The position numbers and the translations under genes are program-made. Shown one piece after another: positions 24,960 to 38,639 of a stretch of 64,000 bases of DNA. The notes under the pieces are model-generated. The model was not told the DNA's origin. It saw nothing but the letters and a program-made list of their open reading frames with translations, and did not search any database. How positions within the stretch are numbered: position 1 is the first letter of the stretch; each line of letters starts with the position of its first letter. The stretch lies in contig JAYWIR010000007.1 of assembly GCA_036172245.1 (NCBI GenBank), positions 3,844,001 through 3,908,000 of the forward strand, in the 5' to 3' direction. The stretch comes from Raillietiella orientalis (taxonomy: Eukaryota).

Positions 24960-27250
24960 TAAGTTCCCCTCCGCTTGTGAAAATAAATGAAGGCATGATA
25001 AGAAACAGCGGTCCCGAATTGCAGCTTCTCCCTTCCTCTCAGTGGTGGCGGCGTGGAATTACCAGCGATCTCCGACCTGACTTCTTCCTGTAGGCGGCCG
25101 ACATGTGGGTGACCGACCTCCTTCGCTGCGCCCAAGGTTGCAGCAACTGGCGGGACCGATGCAGTGGCGCTGATGCAGCATCTAGTCGCGATCGCGGCGG
25201 TGCCCGTCGGGAGTCCCCCGCCGCAGCAGGTCCGTGGCGGTGTCCCCTCTCCTGGGAAGCGTCAAGGCCTGATCCAGCCACTAACGGGAGAATCGCAGGC
25301 GGACCAGCTGGAGCTCTCCGGGTCGCACCCTGCGCCCTTGCTCCGGGCGGTATGCATCCGGTGCCGGCTCTCAGGGTACCTTCTGCGTGTTTCCCATCAG
25401 CTCCGTGTTCCTTCCCCTTGGCTGTGGGTGTGACCACCACCGGCGTCACTGGGAGAGGTGGAGGAGCTGCGTAGCTTCCTGAGCTGCGAAGGGCGCGAAA
25501 GAGTGGAAGGGTGCCTTCACCTGCGTCTGAACTTGAGAGCGTTTGGATGTGGCTCGCGGTTGCCCTGCTTCGCTCAGAAGACGTGGAGGAGCTGCTTCAC
25601 GCGCGCGAGGGGAAGGGAGGGGTGGATGGGAGTTCTGCAACCGCCACGATCGCTATCCCGCATTGCGGCAGAGAGACCGTGGCTTCCCACCACTTGCGGG
25701 AGCAACGCCGTAGCCCCGAGGTCCTCCTGGAGCGTTCTGGCGCCGTCCACCTTGCGCGCAGGGTGCGGAGTCACGCCACGTGCCATGTTCAACAGGTTTG
25801 CGTCCTGCCCGTGCAATCCTCATCCATCGATCTCATCTGTTGTTACCTTCCCTCAGCCCTCCCCGTACTTCCGGGTGGCCGACGGGCGAGTCGGTTGTGC
25901 CCGCCCTCTTCTCGAACCCTCCTTGAGCAGTCTCATAGCCGTGATGTCCTTCGTTGATGTTTCTCGTGATCATGATGCCGCTGGGCGTTGCGTGGGAATG
26001 CACGACGCCTCGGCATCCCCCACCAAGTCCTGCAGCTAGACGGGGAGCGTGGAATACCACGAGGATCTCCTCGCCTTCCAAGGAAATCCCTGAGCATACG
26101 TTCAGTCCCGTTAGGCGAGAGAAGGAAGGTGGGATCGGGGGGGAGTCGCTGCTCCGGGCCGTCGACCACGTGGATGCGCGACAACTCCTGGCTCTCACCG
26201 CCGATTGAGAACTTTGGTCTTATGCAACCCACAGGGCTTTTTCGAGAGTGGTCAACCACTCGAGTGGCCTGATGTCGGCACTTACAGGCAAACACGGAAA
26301 GTGGGGCAACATCGATCCCACTTGGAAAAGGGAGCAGGAACCGGTGGCCAAACACCTGTGACCCGAAGCAAGGAGCTATGGAACGAAGAACTGGCCATGG
26401 CCATCCTGTACTTCGTACTGGTACCCAGGGAAGAGTTCGTACCTGTAAGTGGATATTTCGGAGGCCAGCCATGACCATCCGCAACTGCAAACAGTTTGCA
26501 ACCAGTGACAACTTCCACGAGATGCGACTGTTTTGCTACGCGCAACTCATGAGAGGCAGATACACCTGGAAGACGAGAGAGCTTTGGAAACATCAGGCAT
26601 CCAACGCTTGAACCCTGGAGGCCAAAGTCAACATCTGCTATAATGAAGAACAGCTATCGGGAAGAAGGTGGATCTCACCAGGATTTCCAACCGCTACGGG
26701 ACCCGGATGGTGAACCCGCAAGCTGTTGGAGTCACAGTCTTCAGAAGCGACCTCCTCCTGTTTTACCACGGAGGCATCCTGAGTGAAAGCAGGCATCACA
26801 CTCTATTGACAACATCCTAGACGAGGCGCTCTGCAAGGCATGTGGCATCAACGATTTCTGCATTTTCATGCTTATTACAAATAATGACTCTTGTACCGAC
26901 TTTCAATTCCGTGGTCAGCTCCATGTCTTCACCTGCCCAACGCTTTGCCAGAACTGGAACACGCTGACAGCGGTGATCGGCCTGCAGAGAACCAGAACAA
27001 TGCATATCTTAGCGGGGATGTTCGACAGTACCGCAAATGCCCGCGCTACAATCAATCCCATGGTTCGGACCACCATCTCCCTCTGCATTACGAGCGTCGT
27101 GATAAGAAGGGCAAAGATGAGGAAATTCCATTGCTCTTGGCCATTGTTGTTTCACCTCCGCGAGCCGACGACGCACTCCTTCCCGAGTTCCTCCTTTTCG
27201 GTTACCAGCCGACGTCCCTCGCCGCTTGCCTTCCTCCTCGTCGCACCTAC
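24960..27250 (+). mobile_element. Heavily deleted Ty3/Gypsy LTR retrotransposon (5' LTR end, PBS, gag, PR, RT, RH, IN remnants)
   Basis: In order: AATAAA near 24981, LTR-end CA 25040-41, PBS, CIRCRLSG knuckle, VCVLPVQSSSIDLI (protease-like), NSWLSP and FGLMQP (RT), EELAMAILYF..YFGGQP (RNase H), DEEIPLLLA..PEFLLFGYQP (integrase). Confidence 0.75.
25043..25059 (+). promoter_or_regulatory. Primer binding site, tRNA-Leu type
   Basis: TGGTGGCGGCGTGGAAT resembles TGGTGGCAGCGGTGGGAT (complement of the tRNA-Leu 3' end) and lies 1 nt after CA. Confidence 0.6.
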
Positions 27251-27259
27251 TTTCAAGGT

Positions 27260-27775
27260 GTGTTGTCCTCCGGCGTGTGTGGAAATGTTTGACCACTTCC
27301 CTGAACTTCCGAGAAGACCACTCGAGGGTCCCATTTACGTGTGGCAGATGCCGCCTGTCGCGACGATCGCAGTTTCGCGCTGCGTCCGCGGAATCGTGGC
27401 GCCTGGAACCCCCGACAACAGAGGCCGGAATAACACAAAAGCCATCTCCTTCGGCTTTTCTTTCCTAAGGATTGCAGCTGAGCCACAACCAGGGGGAACT
27501 TGCCGGCATCTTTGAGGGAGCAGTCTGTGATCCCTTCCCTTAGGCTTCCTTCCAAACATTTTGGTACTTTTTTTTGTTCAATATTTATTTTATTTTATTT
27601 GTTTACCTTCCTCCTAATTTCCCTGTGCGAGCCTCTCCCGGCGACTGCTCCGAGCAGAGGACTCCTGCGGAATATGCGGAAGTGGTGGCTCTGTACTGCC
27701 ACTACGAAACTTGTCGACAATTTATTGACAAAGTTTACATTTTTTGCAAGAAACGTCTCGGCGTAACCAGGTGAA
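27260..27775 (+). mobile_element. Short LINE 3' end (ORF2 last helices plus 3' module)
   Basis: TIAVSRCVRGIVA..AISFGFSFLRIAA matches TMYCIRAIVKA and AVHFAVRFIRMA of other copies; terminal aagaaacgtctcggcgtaaccaggtg. Confidence 0.7.
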
Positions 27776-28049
27776 AGTGCTGTCCATGACTCCATGCCCT
27801 CTGGACAAGCAAGGCAAGGAGCACCCGGCTGAGCGTCTGCCACGGTCGGCGTTTTGTTCCATATTTGCTCGCCGAGCTGTGCACGACTTTGCTGCGCAAA
27901 GTCTGCAGCCGGAAGGCGCCCTCGTTACAACAGAGGAGCAGCAACGGGGGAGCTTCAACAAAGATCCCACCCCCTTCCCATCCGCGACAGCTGAAATTCT
28001 TGGTGCCATCGTGAATTCGAACCTCAGCCACACCAGAGCAGGAGAGTCT

Positions 28050-30590
28050 TCCCACGGAGCTACACCATGCTTCGCAATGCAAACGGAGCTTTCCACCCGA
28101 CCCATCCACACCTTCCTTCCCAGCAAAGCCTGCAGCTGAGAAAGCTGATCAGGAGTGTATGTCACCTTGAGATCGGAGAGGATCCGTTCCTTCCCAAGGG
28201 AGGAGGCTTAAGTAGCTCGAGCAACTGGCATCCGATTGAGACCGTGAATTCGGAGATCCTCAAGCTGATTTCGAGACTGTGGACAACGCAACCGGAAGGA
28301 GACGGAAGCTGATCGATGAACCTGGAGCAGGCTTGCGCTGCACCCAACAAAAGCCTGGAAGGCAGCCTGTTGCGTGCTCACACCCGGCTCCGAATACGGC
28401 ATTGCCGTCGGGCTCGACAGCCGTCGGGCTTCGAATGCCCAGTCTGGACAAACGAACTGCAGAAAGAGCTGGAAAAATCCATAAGAGCGTTCCACTTAGT
28501 CAAGAAGGAACTCCTTCTGGAGCTCCAGACCTCCGGGGGGCTTCCTACCATCCTATTGGCTCGTCGCGCCTCTCGTGGACGAGATTAAGAAAATAGATTG
28601 CGGCAGCCGACACGTCTACGGTGGTGTCTCCAATAGGGAGGGCAGTAGGAACCCTTCTCTCTCCGATGCACACTTCGATTTCATGCTCGACAGGTATCGA
28701 CATTTTCGTTCCCTGTCTTCGCCGGCGGCACAGAGGACTTGCTTCCCTTGCTGCCCATATGCACCCTTGAGGCATCTACCGGGCTATTCTTCGAGCCGAC
28801 AAGAAGGAAAGCGGATGCAAAAGTTCACAGGATGAAGCTGACTGTCCTTCCCGTCGGAGCTGCTAGGGCAGGATTGCCAGCTTGCACCTCCTCGGCGATC
28901 TCCGTTTTCGATTTCTTGCTGTGCTCAAGGGCCATCTTTGCCCTCAGAAGCGTGTTCTGTGGGCTGTCTCTCGAGGTGTACAAGGCTCTGGGTTCATTCC
29001 TAGGCTGCGAGTCTTTCTTTCCGGCACGGGACGCGACTGAAAGCGCTCACGCTGCTCTGCTTCTACGGTTCCTGCTTTACTTGCCTCCTCCTCCCTACGA
29101 GACGATAAGGCTAACTGACGGACTCGTGTGGAATGCCCTCCGGAGCGTGGCGGCCGAAAGACTTGTCAGGTCACGCCTGTCGAGAATCCGGACCACCAGT
29201 CCGCATCGAACTTCAAGTGCATTGGCAGAGGCCAGGTCTGGAGGCCCTGTTCCGAAACGACCGCTGGCTCTTACCAGCGCGCAGTCTCCTCAGGCTCGAG
29301 CTTGTCTACGAGACACTCGCGTCTCTCGTACTCCTAAGCCGCAACAAACAGAGAGAAGACGCTGAACTTCCCCATGGACCATCTGGCCTCCTTGTTGCCG
29401 CAGAATCCCTGCTCCTGCCTTCCTGTATCCCAACTTCAACGCGTGGCAGATGAAGGTTACCTATTCCTAAGCACGGGCGAGCACGGGCATTCGGGCGAGT
29501 CCTGCAGCTGCTGCACCGAGTTCAGCACCTCGGCAGGGAATTCTTGCAAGAGGAACGGAAGGAATTCAACGAATGAAATCGCATCACGGTCACCCTTTAG
29601 ACGCAGCGCTACCTTCTGCTTAAAAGCATGAAAGCGGCAGCCTATTGGTTAGTCGAGAGGTAATAGATCAGTGAAAGAAACCCTTGGGTGGATGGATGAT
29701 AAGCAGATCCACCGACGCACTATTCTTGCTCACGGACCTCTATGGTGGATGGAGACTCTGAACATTCAACGGGTGGTCCGGTATTTCAAGCAGCTGTCTT
29801 GAGCACTCCTGTGCCTCCCCACCAGCAGCAACATATGGCACTGCTCTACTTGCACTGGGAACATGTGTCGCGCAGTCAGCGACGGAGTCGCACGAAAGAA
29901 CGCATTCCCCGAATCGTGCCGGGTGCCAGGCCGTCGAGTTGCTCCCACACCTGCTGTTGGAATGCCAGCAACGGGTGTGGGATGACCCATAGTAATGCAT
30001 CGCTTCAGTCCTCCTGCGTCTGGTCTTACACTTCCGGCATCTCAAGAGGAGGTTCTTTGCGAAGAGAAAACCGTCCAGCCCCTGGCGACACGGCATTTGA
30101 ACAGCAGCCGTGGATCGTCGTCACGCGGTGGAGCAGCGGCGGTACACCGGAGGACGGCCATTATTCATTAGACAGGGCAAAAAAATGTTTGAGGACATGA
30201 GGATCCCAGTCCTTTATTTTATGTGATCCCTCCGTTCGCACAAACATCCTCCTCATGATGAGCCGGTGCGACAAGATTTTCATCTCCACTCCGAAACCAA
30301 AAAAGACGCCGCCTGCGTCGCAAGAGGTTGCGAAGATGCAGGAAAGCTTACCAATGACCTGGCTCTCCTATTCCCATCCTGTTCTTCAAGTGAGTTGAAA
30401 TCGTCTAGTGAATCCTCATTTTATTTCTATTCATTTTGACTACCTTTGTTTATCTATTTTAGCTCCTGATCCCTCCTCTTTTATTTCTGTATTTTATATG
30501 TGAGGCCGACCCGAGAGTCATCGTAATCCAGGACTGAATATGCCATATGTTTATTTATACATGGTTTTAGTTCCAACGCAACCCGGAGAC
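28050..30590 (+). mobile_element. L1/Tx1-like ORF2 remnant from RT to zinc finger, with 3' tract
   Basis: FLPKGGGLSSSSNWHPIETVNSEILKLISRL (RT domain 1), EKSIRAFHLV, EGSRNPSLSDAHFDFMLD, ASTGLFFE, then GCQAVELLPHLLLEC; T-rich tract at about 30415-30500. Confidence 0.75.
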
Positions 30591-33500
30591 GAACACCTTA
30601 GCTGGCTCAACATCCGTGTTTCGGATTCATGGAAGACGGCCGTCGGCCAGCAGGTAGCGCCGCTTATGCGACGTTGGAAAACGATTACAGCCTAATGACG
30701 ATCTTTGCTCAGTTTTGCAACGTGGTTTAGTTCCCTCCTGAATTTTCTCGCTCCATCTGCCGGCTCTGTCCTTTGCTACTCTAATTGTAACGTATTGGAA
30801 ACTGCTTTTCTGTAACAAATAGAGGTTACCATGGGAAGAGTTTCAAAGCCCTTCATTTCCGCTCCGAACTGTGACTGTTTGTGCTGGATGAAGAAGACAT
30901 TGCAGCAGTCTGTTATTCAGTGAACGTAGTATTGCAGGACACAATCCTAGCCCACAAGCATTTTTCAGCATGCCAATCTTCCCTTTCGAAATGGCTGTTA
31001 ATGTACTTTCTCTACCTGTAACGGTACGCAAAGTGAAGGGATGCTGAATCTTCACTCTTGGTACGCTTTCTGCTGCACTTCCCTGTAGCTACTATGCATG
31101 TCAGAAAAGATGGACGACATACTTCATCCTGCCCCATCTTGAACCTTGTTAATGAAAGTGGTTTCCTGAATGTTTCCGTGACACGCTTTGTACGTTTCAT
31201 CCTAGTCGGGCGTACCGATGAGTTCATCCCTCTTTCTGTGCAATCTTCTTAGATTTGCTACCTTCATCTTCAGTAGGAAACAGGTGACCCCAAAGGGATT
31301 CGCCGCTTTCTCGCAAATCGGTTGCATACGTTTTTGCTATGCAAGATGTGATCGATGAACCTATGGCCTATGCTCAGTTATTTCCGGCCTAGTCCTTCCA
31401 GTTTATTCCAGCAACTCCTGGCTCCGTGCACGTCTCAGTATCTTTGCTTGTCTAAATTGATGCTGAGATCCACGATGGTGGCGAAATTCCTGATGGAGAT
31501 CCTGATCTTAAGATTGCTAGAGTTTGAACACACTGGATTTTGTTCACTGATTCGCATGTGTTCGCGAGAAACAGGTGACGCCTCCAGACCATAACATCCA
31601 CTTGGATCGAGCATACGCCCTCGCTATGCATTAAAGCTTTCCAGGACGGATAACAGACAACTGCTTCACGAAGATGGCTACACCTTTCCTGTGCTTGGCG
31701 CCATTGCCAATCAGGAGTTGGGATCCCACGTGGCTTGCACGCACGACAGATCTTCGAACGCAATGGGACTCTGGATCGTGGCCTCTTTGGGAGCCTAATA
31801 CTCAGAAAAGCCTCTCACGAGTAGGTCTTCCCTACAACATTGCTCTGAGTAATCTTGACTGTTTCAGCGAACTTGACAAAGTACTCCCAAATGGCTTTTA
31901 ACAATAATCTACGTACTTAGTATGCTTTTGATATGAAAATGCATCGATCTCTTTGATAAATTTATAGTCAGTTTAATTTATGTCTTAGTTTGAGGCAAGA
32001 TGAGTTTGTCACCCGCTATTCAATTCATGTAGTATTTAATTACTGAACGTTCAAGCAATCAGTATTCTCAAGTTGATTAATTTTGTATACAGCCTGAGCA
32101 CTCATTACCACCGGCGCTTGTTTTTGCTCGTTAGCTTTGAAGCACACATCTAATATAGACTGTGAATTGCAATAAGATACTGTAGAAGATTCAGCATCTC
32201 TTCAAAATCTACATGTTTATGGATGGAAAGAAAGCATAATATAAGCAATTGAAATATAACATAGTGACATCATAATGCTATTACATTGCTCGGTCTAGAA
32301 TTTTCACTGGTTAACTTGAGGAGTAATTCAGGTTGATGAACTTTTACTACTTGTATGACAAAAGCTCAAATACCAAGTTATCGCACAGAAATTTGCATAA
32401 CGACTAAGCAAACATAACTCCTATGTTTGTACAGAGAAATCATAATTTGAGATACGTTTTCCCTCTTTAATCACTATCCGTTCATTTGTGCTTGCATATC
32501 CCACCGTTTGCCGACTGAGTGAAAATCTGTCGAAATGTAAATTGGACCCAGAACTCCTATTAATGAATACAAAAATCTGCAAACCTTGAACACGCAAGAA
32601 AGTCTCATGACGTTAGTTTTCTTTCCTTTAATGCTCTTATGACTTCACATCAGACAATCATTAATTAACCCACAGTCGAGTACTTTTTCTTGATATGAAT
32701 GCAGTTGAATGTCCAGTAACCGAAACAATCGTGAAGTATTTATCTCTTTCACTAATCCTGGTCCAGTTGTTTGTCCTCGAAACTACTTTTCCATAAACGG
32801 GGCATTTGACAGAAGAAAATACTGTTCTAATACTCTGAGTGATACTTGGCTGGAGGAGGCTCCAAAATCTTGTAAGCAATGACGTTCGGGGAGAAAGCCT
32901 TAAACAGGAAGTCTTTAGCGTGTTCTTCGATGTAAATGCCAACTGCTCTGCATTTGTCTACTTTGCTACCTTTTCTGGTTTTCGCTTTTCGGCAATTGAT
33001 TTGAGCAACATGGGCAGGTATAATAACCAATTTGTAAATTAGTGATTAACTCGGAAAAATGTCCAAACATTTAGTGCATTCTGCAGTGTTCACTATCTAC
33101 TAGTTTGTTTTACAAATCATCACCGATCGCCTTATTTACATTGTATGCATTTTCTTAATAGCAACCGTGAACACTGAATCTAAAATTGGTCTACTTCTTC
33201 TGAAACTTGAATTTGTGGAGTAAAGCTGAATATAAATTATGGTAGAACAATTTTACAAAGCAAAAACAATATTTCGCATTAAAAAAACTGCTTTCCAAAA
33301 TTGTATAGCAACTCGGCATTGCGCACATTTTGAAACTACAACCGAAAGACGGGTTAAATCTCAACTTGAATCTTGCACAGATTTTATTCTCGACTCTAAA
33401 CTGATAAATATCTGTTACCGAGTTAAAATGCATTATAAGGTGAAATATGGATCAAAGATATCAGTGCAAAACTATACTTGGTCTACAAGAAGCATTATAC

Positions 33501-33811
33501 TGCAAAAATTTGTAGGGAATAAAGAATCAAAACTTGAAATTAAATGAAAGTAAAAAATGAAAAGCTAACAGCAAATCATGAATTACAGAGAAAGTGATGG
33601 AATTTCATCCAAGATTGTCATAGATTTGATTTCTAACATTATAATCTTACCAACTAACAATATTTTTGTGTGATCTTTTATTAATGATATACCTATTCAA
33701 AAGAATTAATCATCAAAAATAGAAAAAGCAATATGCCAGAACCGAATACTGCAAATTTCCACATTAGAGATCCAATTGTTCCATCCTCGTTCTGACATTA
33801 TTCACATTAAT

Positions 33812-35222
33812 CTATTTCTGTAAGTCATACAATAACTGAATTTCTTTTGCATAAATGCCATCAACATATGGGGTTTCAAGTATTATAGGAATGTCATTGA
33901 AATGTGGGCTATTTACAAGGCAAGAAAACCCTGCAATTCCAATTTTACCTTTTCCAATGTTTTCATGCCGATCTAAATGACAACCCAGTTTTCCTAAAAG
34001 TAATCTATGAATGCAGTAAACAGATTAACCTTGCCTTTGGAATCATTGATATGAGCAGCCATTAGATATCTCCAGCCAATGATGTCCTCAAATTCTTGAA
34101 GCATTTTCTGAAATCCATGCGGGTTACTGAGATCATAACCTAAAGTCAACTTGTACTAAGCAGATGTAGTACACCAATTTCAAACCTGCAGCAAAGGCAT
34201 GGCATGTATCAAGACAGACACCAATTCGAGACTGATCTTCAATCAACTCGATTATGTTTTTGAGTTCTTGAAATTCCCCTCCTACTGTGTTCCCCTTATG
34301 AAAACAATTTCTTACTTTACAATCACAGTAGCATTCCTTACTTGCTTACTCATATTTTCCAAAACAACTTTAACAGATCTGGTCTGTTTGAGGGAAACAT
34401 TAATGCTTTCTGCAATCCTTTCTATGCATTCTTCTCTGGTGATTTCTCCACATGTTGAACCTAAAGTGCAAGGATATCATTTACGGATATCCAATGCTAA
34501 TGGTCAAATGAATTCCTTAAATTATGTGTGTTTGTATGCACATGTATTTACATGTAAAGTTACTCCACATATATATTTACCTGGATGGATATTATATAAG
34601 CTTAAACCCAAGTCTTCACATCTTTGCAACTCATCAAGAAAAAGATTACGACTCTTAATCAAGATATCTTTCTTTGGTGAACCCAAATTAAGCAAATACG
34701 GAGCATGGGGCAGAATTAAATGGGAAGGAAAATTATGAATCTATACAATTTCAAATATACAAATAATCCTTGTCAGTTCAGTACGAACACGGCAAAAATG
34801 TTTAAATTTTGCCACAACACTGCTATTCAAAGGCCGACTATCCCATCTTCGTTGTGATCTCAGAAACATGCCAAACGACTTTGCGCCGATTTTCGCTGCT
34901 TCTTCGACAGCATTAAATACACCACCTAACGTAAATTTGATCCTGTTTTCAATTTCTCCTTTCGACAAGAAAGAATACCTGCTATGGAGACATGAGCACC
35001 GATGAATTTCGAACCAGTACACAGAGGTGAACCATTCATACATCCCACAGCTGTTGCGAGCTGATTTTCATCCAACAATTTCTGGGGAGCTTTAGCTCGT
35101 CTCCGGACTTTTGTTTTCTTCGGCTCAACATCTGCGGCAACCTTAACTTTTAACTATTTATCGTAGTATTGTATACCTGCTTTTACTTTTTCTTTTCGTG
35201 TTCTGCTACGGGTTTGCATCAT
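33812..35222 (-). CDS. apn-1: Endonuclease IV family AP endonuclease (Nfo/APN1-like), multi-exon
   Basis: KFIGAHVSIAG, PHAPYLLNLG, YNIHPG, VLENMS, CLDTCHAFAAG, HINDSK, LDRHENIGKG, IILETP; TAG at 33812-33814. Confidence 0.93.
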
Positions 35223-36655
35223 TCTGAATTTACTAAAGGTGAACTCAAAATCAAACTATGAACAAAACATCACAGTTTATCATGAAAGAGCAAAGCATTT
35301 ACCTGCAACCACATACGGTGGTCACTGCTGCAATTGGAACACTTCTGTGCATACTCACACAAGGCTGATTTTGAAAACAGAGTTACGCTGATCTCTTAAC
35401 AACCGTAAGGGATCACCGGGGTTAAGGTCAACAAGGAAGCGCACGCGCTTTGTTCCTCATTTTCAGAAAATATAGTCTAATATAACTGTTTCACATGTTT
35501 GTAAATTGACCTATACTCGACGTAGTCATTGTGAAGACTGCCTAATCCAATCAATGATTGCGCAGATAAAGACTATAAACAAAATCATGGAGTGATCCTG
35601 CTGACTATCGGTGAAACACGACGTCAGTTTCATGGATGCAATAATTATCCCCAAGTGTTTAAAATGCTTTATATCTGTCATTGGTAATGTTTCTCAATGA
35701 GCCCATCGGTAAGTTTATCTGGGAATTTTATTGAAAATTTAAAAGTACTTGCACTTAGATGCAAGCATTTAGCATTTGCCATTTTCCTGGATGTTTCTTG
35801 GTGGTAGCCATTAAGGGTTGAAATCATTTACAGTTACAGATTTGCACATTCACCGTGTTATCCTTGTGATCGTATTTCAGGATTTTTCAATTGTTTACTA
35901 CAATTTGCAGTGATTTTCAACCAGCATTCCATTTGCATAAGGAAAATGTAGCTGGCAAAAATTTCCAGTAAATGGCAATTTCAATTTTTTGTAATAAAAC
36001 TAATTCAGCTGTGTTACTAACTCTATTGCAAGTTTAGGAGCCAAAAGTTAACTGATCGCATAGTTTGGCCTATGATCATTTACTATATCGTACTGCTACT
36101 TTGTAAATTACATCCTTCAATAGCAAATTTTGCATAATTTACTAGGCCAAACATTCAAAACAAAGGTATATTGTGCTATCAAGTAAATGCTTTAGAATAA
36201 CTACATGCTCAGCAGAATGTGAGTTACAGAATAAAAATTTTTTTCATCAGACACAATGTTTATTCTTACAGCTTAAGTTATCATTTGTTAAAAACACTCC
36301 ATGTAAATGGACAAAGAAAATAAATTATTAATTTTCATCCGATCAGTCTATCAGTATACACATTAGGCTAAACAAAAATTTCTATTACATTTTGGATTAC
36401 TGATGAATTTGATTCATTCCAATTCCTTGAACTGGACATTACTTTTACAGCCCTTTTTCATTCATGAGAGATCATAGCACCCTTTTTCAACCTTGAAGTT
36501 TTCAATAAAAGAAATATATGACATGAATCTATTTCTCTAGTTATAAAGGTGATTATCTGATCAAACATTGCAGACCTAAAACATGTAGAAATAAATTCCA
36601 TCATTCTCCCATGAAGTAATTACCAACATGACAAATCACTATTAATATAATGACA

Positions 36656-38302
36656 TTAAAGTATTAATGCCCGTGGTGTCATAAAATGCTGCAACTCTGC
36701 TTCACTAATTTGAGCACGAGCTTGCTGATGTTCCTGAGTTAAAGCAACTAACTGATCAATAGCGATTTTTTTTATTTCTCCAGTGAGCATTGAACCAGTG
36801 CTGTAATCCTGGTGAACAGAAACATGATAATTTTAGTAGGAATTGAAGATTGGTACTTGCATTTTTTATCTGTTGTAGCTGGTCTTCATCTTTTAATAAC
36901 ATACGCAAGTACTGATAGGAAATATCTACCTCACAATTTCCTCCATGGAGTCTATGTTCCTCTACTGTTGCCTGACCTCCAGAAAAAGCATACTTGTTGA
37001 TCTGAAGTACAAAAAACAAGGGGGGGGCAGGGAGAGCAATTTGGAACATGAGAGCAAGTTTTTAACATTCTTTACTTTATTGCGAATCTGCTTTGGTGTA
37101 TCAGTCATAAAGATGCAAGAATTACAAGATGATGCTGACATTTTTGTTTGAAGTCCTTGTAATGATGGTAGAAAGGTGGAATGTAATAATGCTGGCTTGG
37201 GAAATCCTAATCGAGGTGCCACATCTCTCATCATACGAAAATAGGGATCCTTTAATTAACTTAATATACAAGCCAAAAATTAAATTACTTGATCAATGGC
37301 ACAAGGTATTAAGCATTGAATGTTTTTGCTTTTATTAAAGATAAATGGGAATGAAGTGCTCAAACATGGTGCTGCCTGCACAGCTGGGAAGGCTATTTTA
37401 CCAATATTATCACTATCACAAAAGCCAAAAATACCCTTAACTTGATTAAAGGTAACATGTTTCTGAATGCTCACGACATTCTGGTAAAATTCTGGGCACT
37501 GACTGAAACATCAGCTGTATTTCCACAGATAAACCACCCTCTCACATACCCCATAAACTCAAAATCCGAAAATACAAAAGTTTTATCTCTGTGAAAACCA
37601 CAGGCAATTATGTCTTTTGCATTCTCATGTGCCAGATCGATGGAATCCCGTAGATCAAGGTTTTTCCATAAAAACTTTTCATCATCTGTCAACTGAATGA
37701 TTAAGGGAACATTAAAAACATCTTGAAGCCATCTAAAATATTTTTCTTAAATTTTTATATAAAGCATTTTTCAGTGATAGGCATAAAACCAAAGTTTGTG
37801 TATACAAACAGTTAATACGAATAACAAATCCAATTACTTTGTAAATATGAATGGAATCAGATGACCAATATGAATAGCTGATGATGAAGGTCCTCTTCCT
37901 GTATACAAATAAAACGGTTCACGTTTTTCGTAACTATTTAGTATTTGGAGTAGGTCACGTTGAGAAAAAAAAATATTTCTCTTAAGTAAATGATGCACTG
38001 GTTTCCCAATCACATGTTCAAATCGTTGTAGCAACTCTTCATCAATTTTTGAACAACCAAACCTTGCTATGGAGGAATTATTACAATTTAAAACAAGAAC
38101 AGCTTGATGGTTTCATTTCTTCCAATAATGAACCCCAACATAATGTTATTCAGGCTTTGCATGTTCTTTGTGTTCCATAATACTTACTTATGAGTTTATC
38201 ATAATCAATTCCGGTATGAGATTTTGCTTCAACAAGCCAAGGATCCACAACATCATCCGAATCAACATCACCTATTTTTATGCGAGAAAGTTCATTCTCC
38301 AT
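36656..38302 (-). CDS. WARS1: Tryptophan--tRNA ligase, cytoplasmic, multi-exon
   Basis: [49 protein letters not shown]; short N-terminus without a WHEP domain. Confidence 0.96.
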
Positions 38303-38639
38303 TTCCTCAGAGCATAACTACGTTTATGCGAAAACTTCTAAAAAAGAAATTTTAGATGACTGCCAAATGCATGTTGCAACTCATTAGATGAAACGTATTT
38401 TTAATCCCCAAATCCCTACACTCAAGAATCGCCGGCTCCAACTCATCTGATTACCGTCCTGCGATAATTATTGTAAAAACTGTGCTTTCTTACTGATCCA
38501 CTGATAGCAAATGCCGAATCCAAAGCTTGAATATCAATGCAAATAATACAGGCTATCGAGACGTACAAAGAAGCGTTGTGAACCCAAAGGATGTCACAGA
38601 ACGACACGACAAGATCTGCACCCACACTCCATTCATGTT

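Noticed and set aside
35223..35305. Acceptor-like AG just before several start codons as general evidence of SL trans-splicing
   Set aside because: For APN1 a good cis donor (CAG|GTAAAT near 35302) explains it; only the PDHX case is retained
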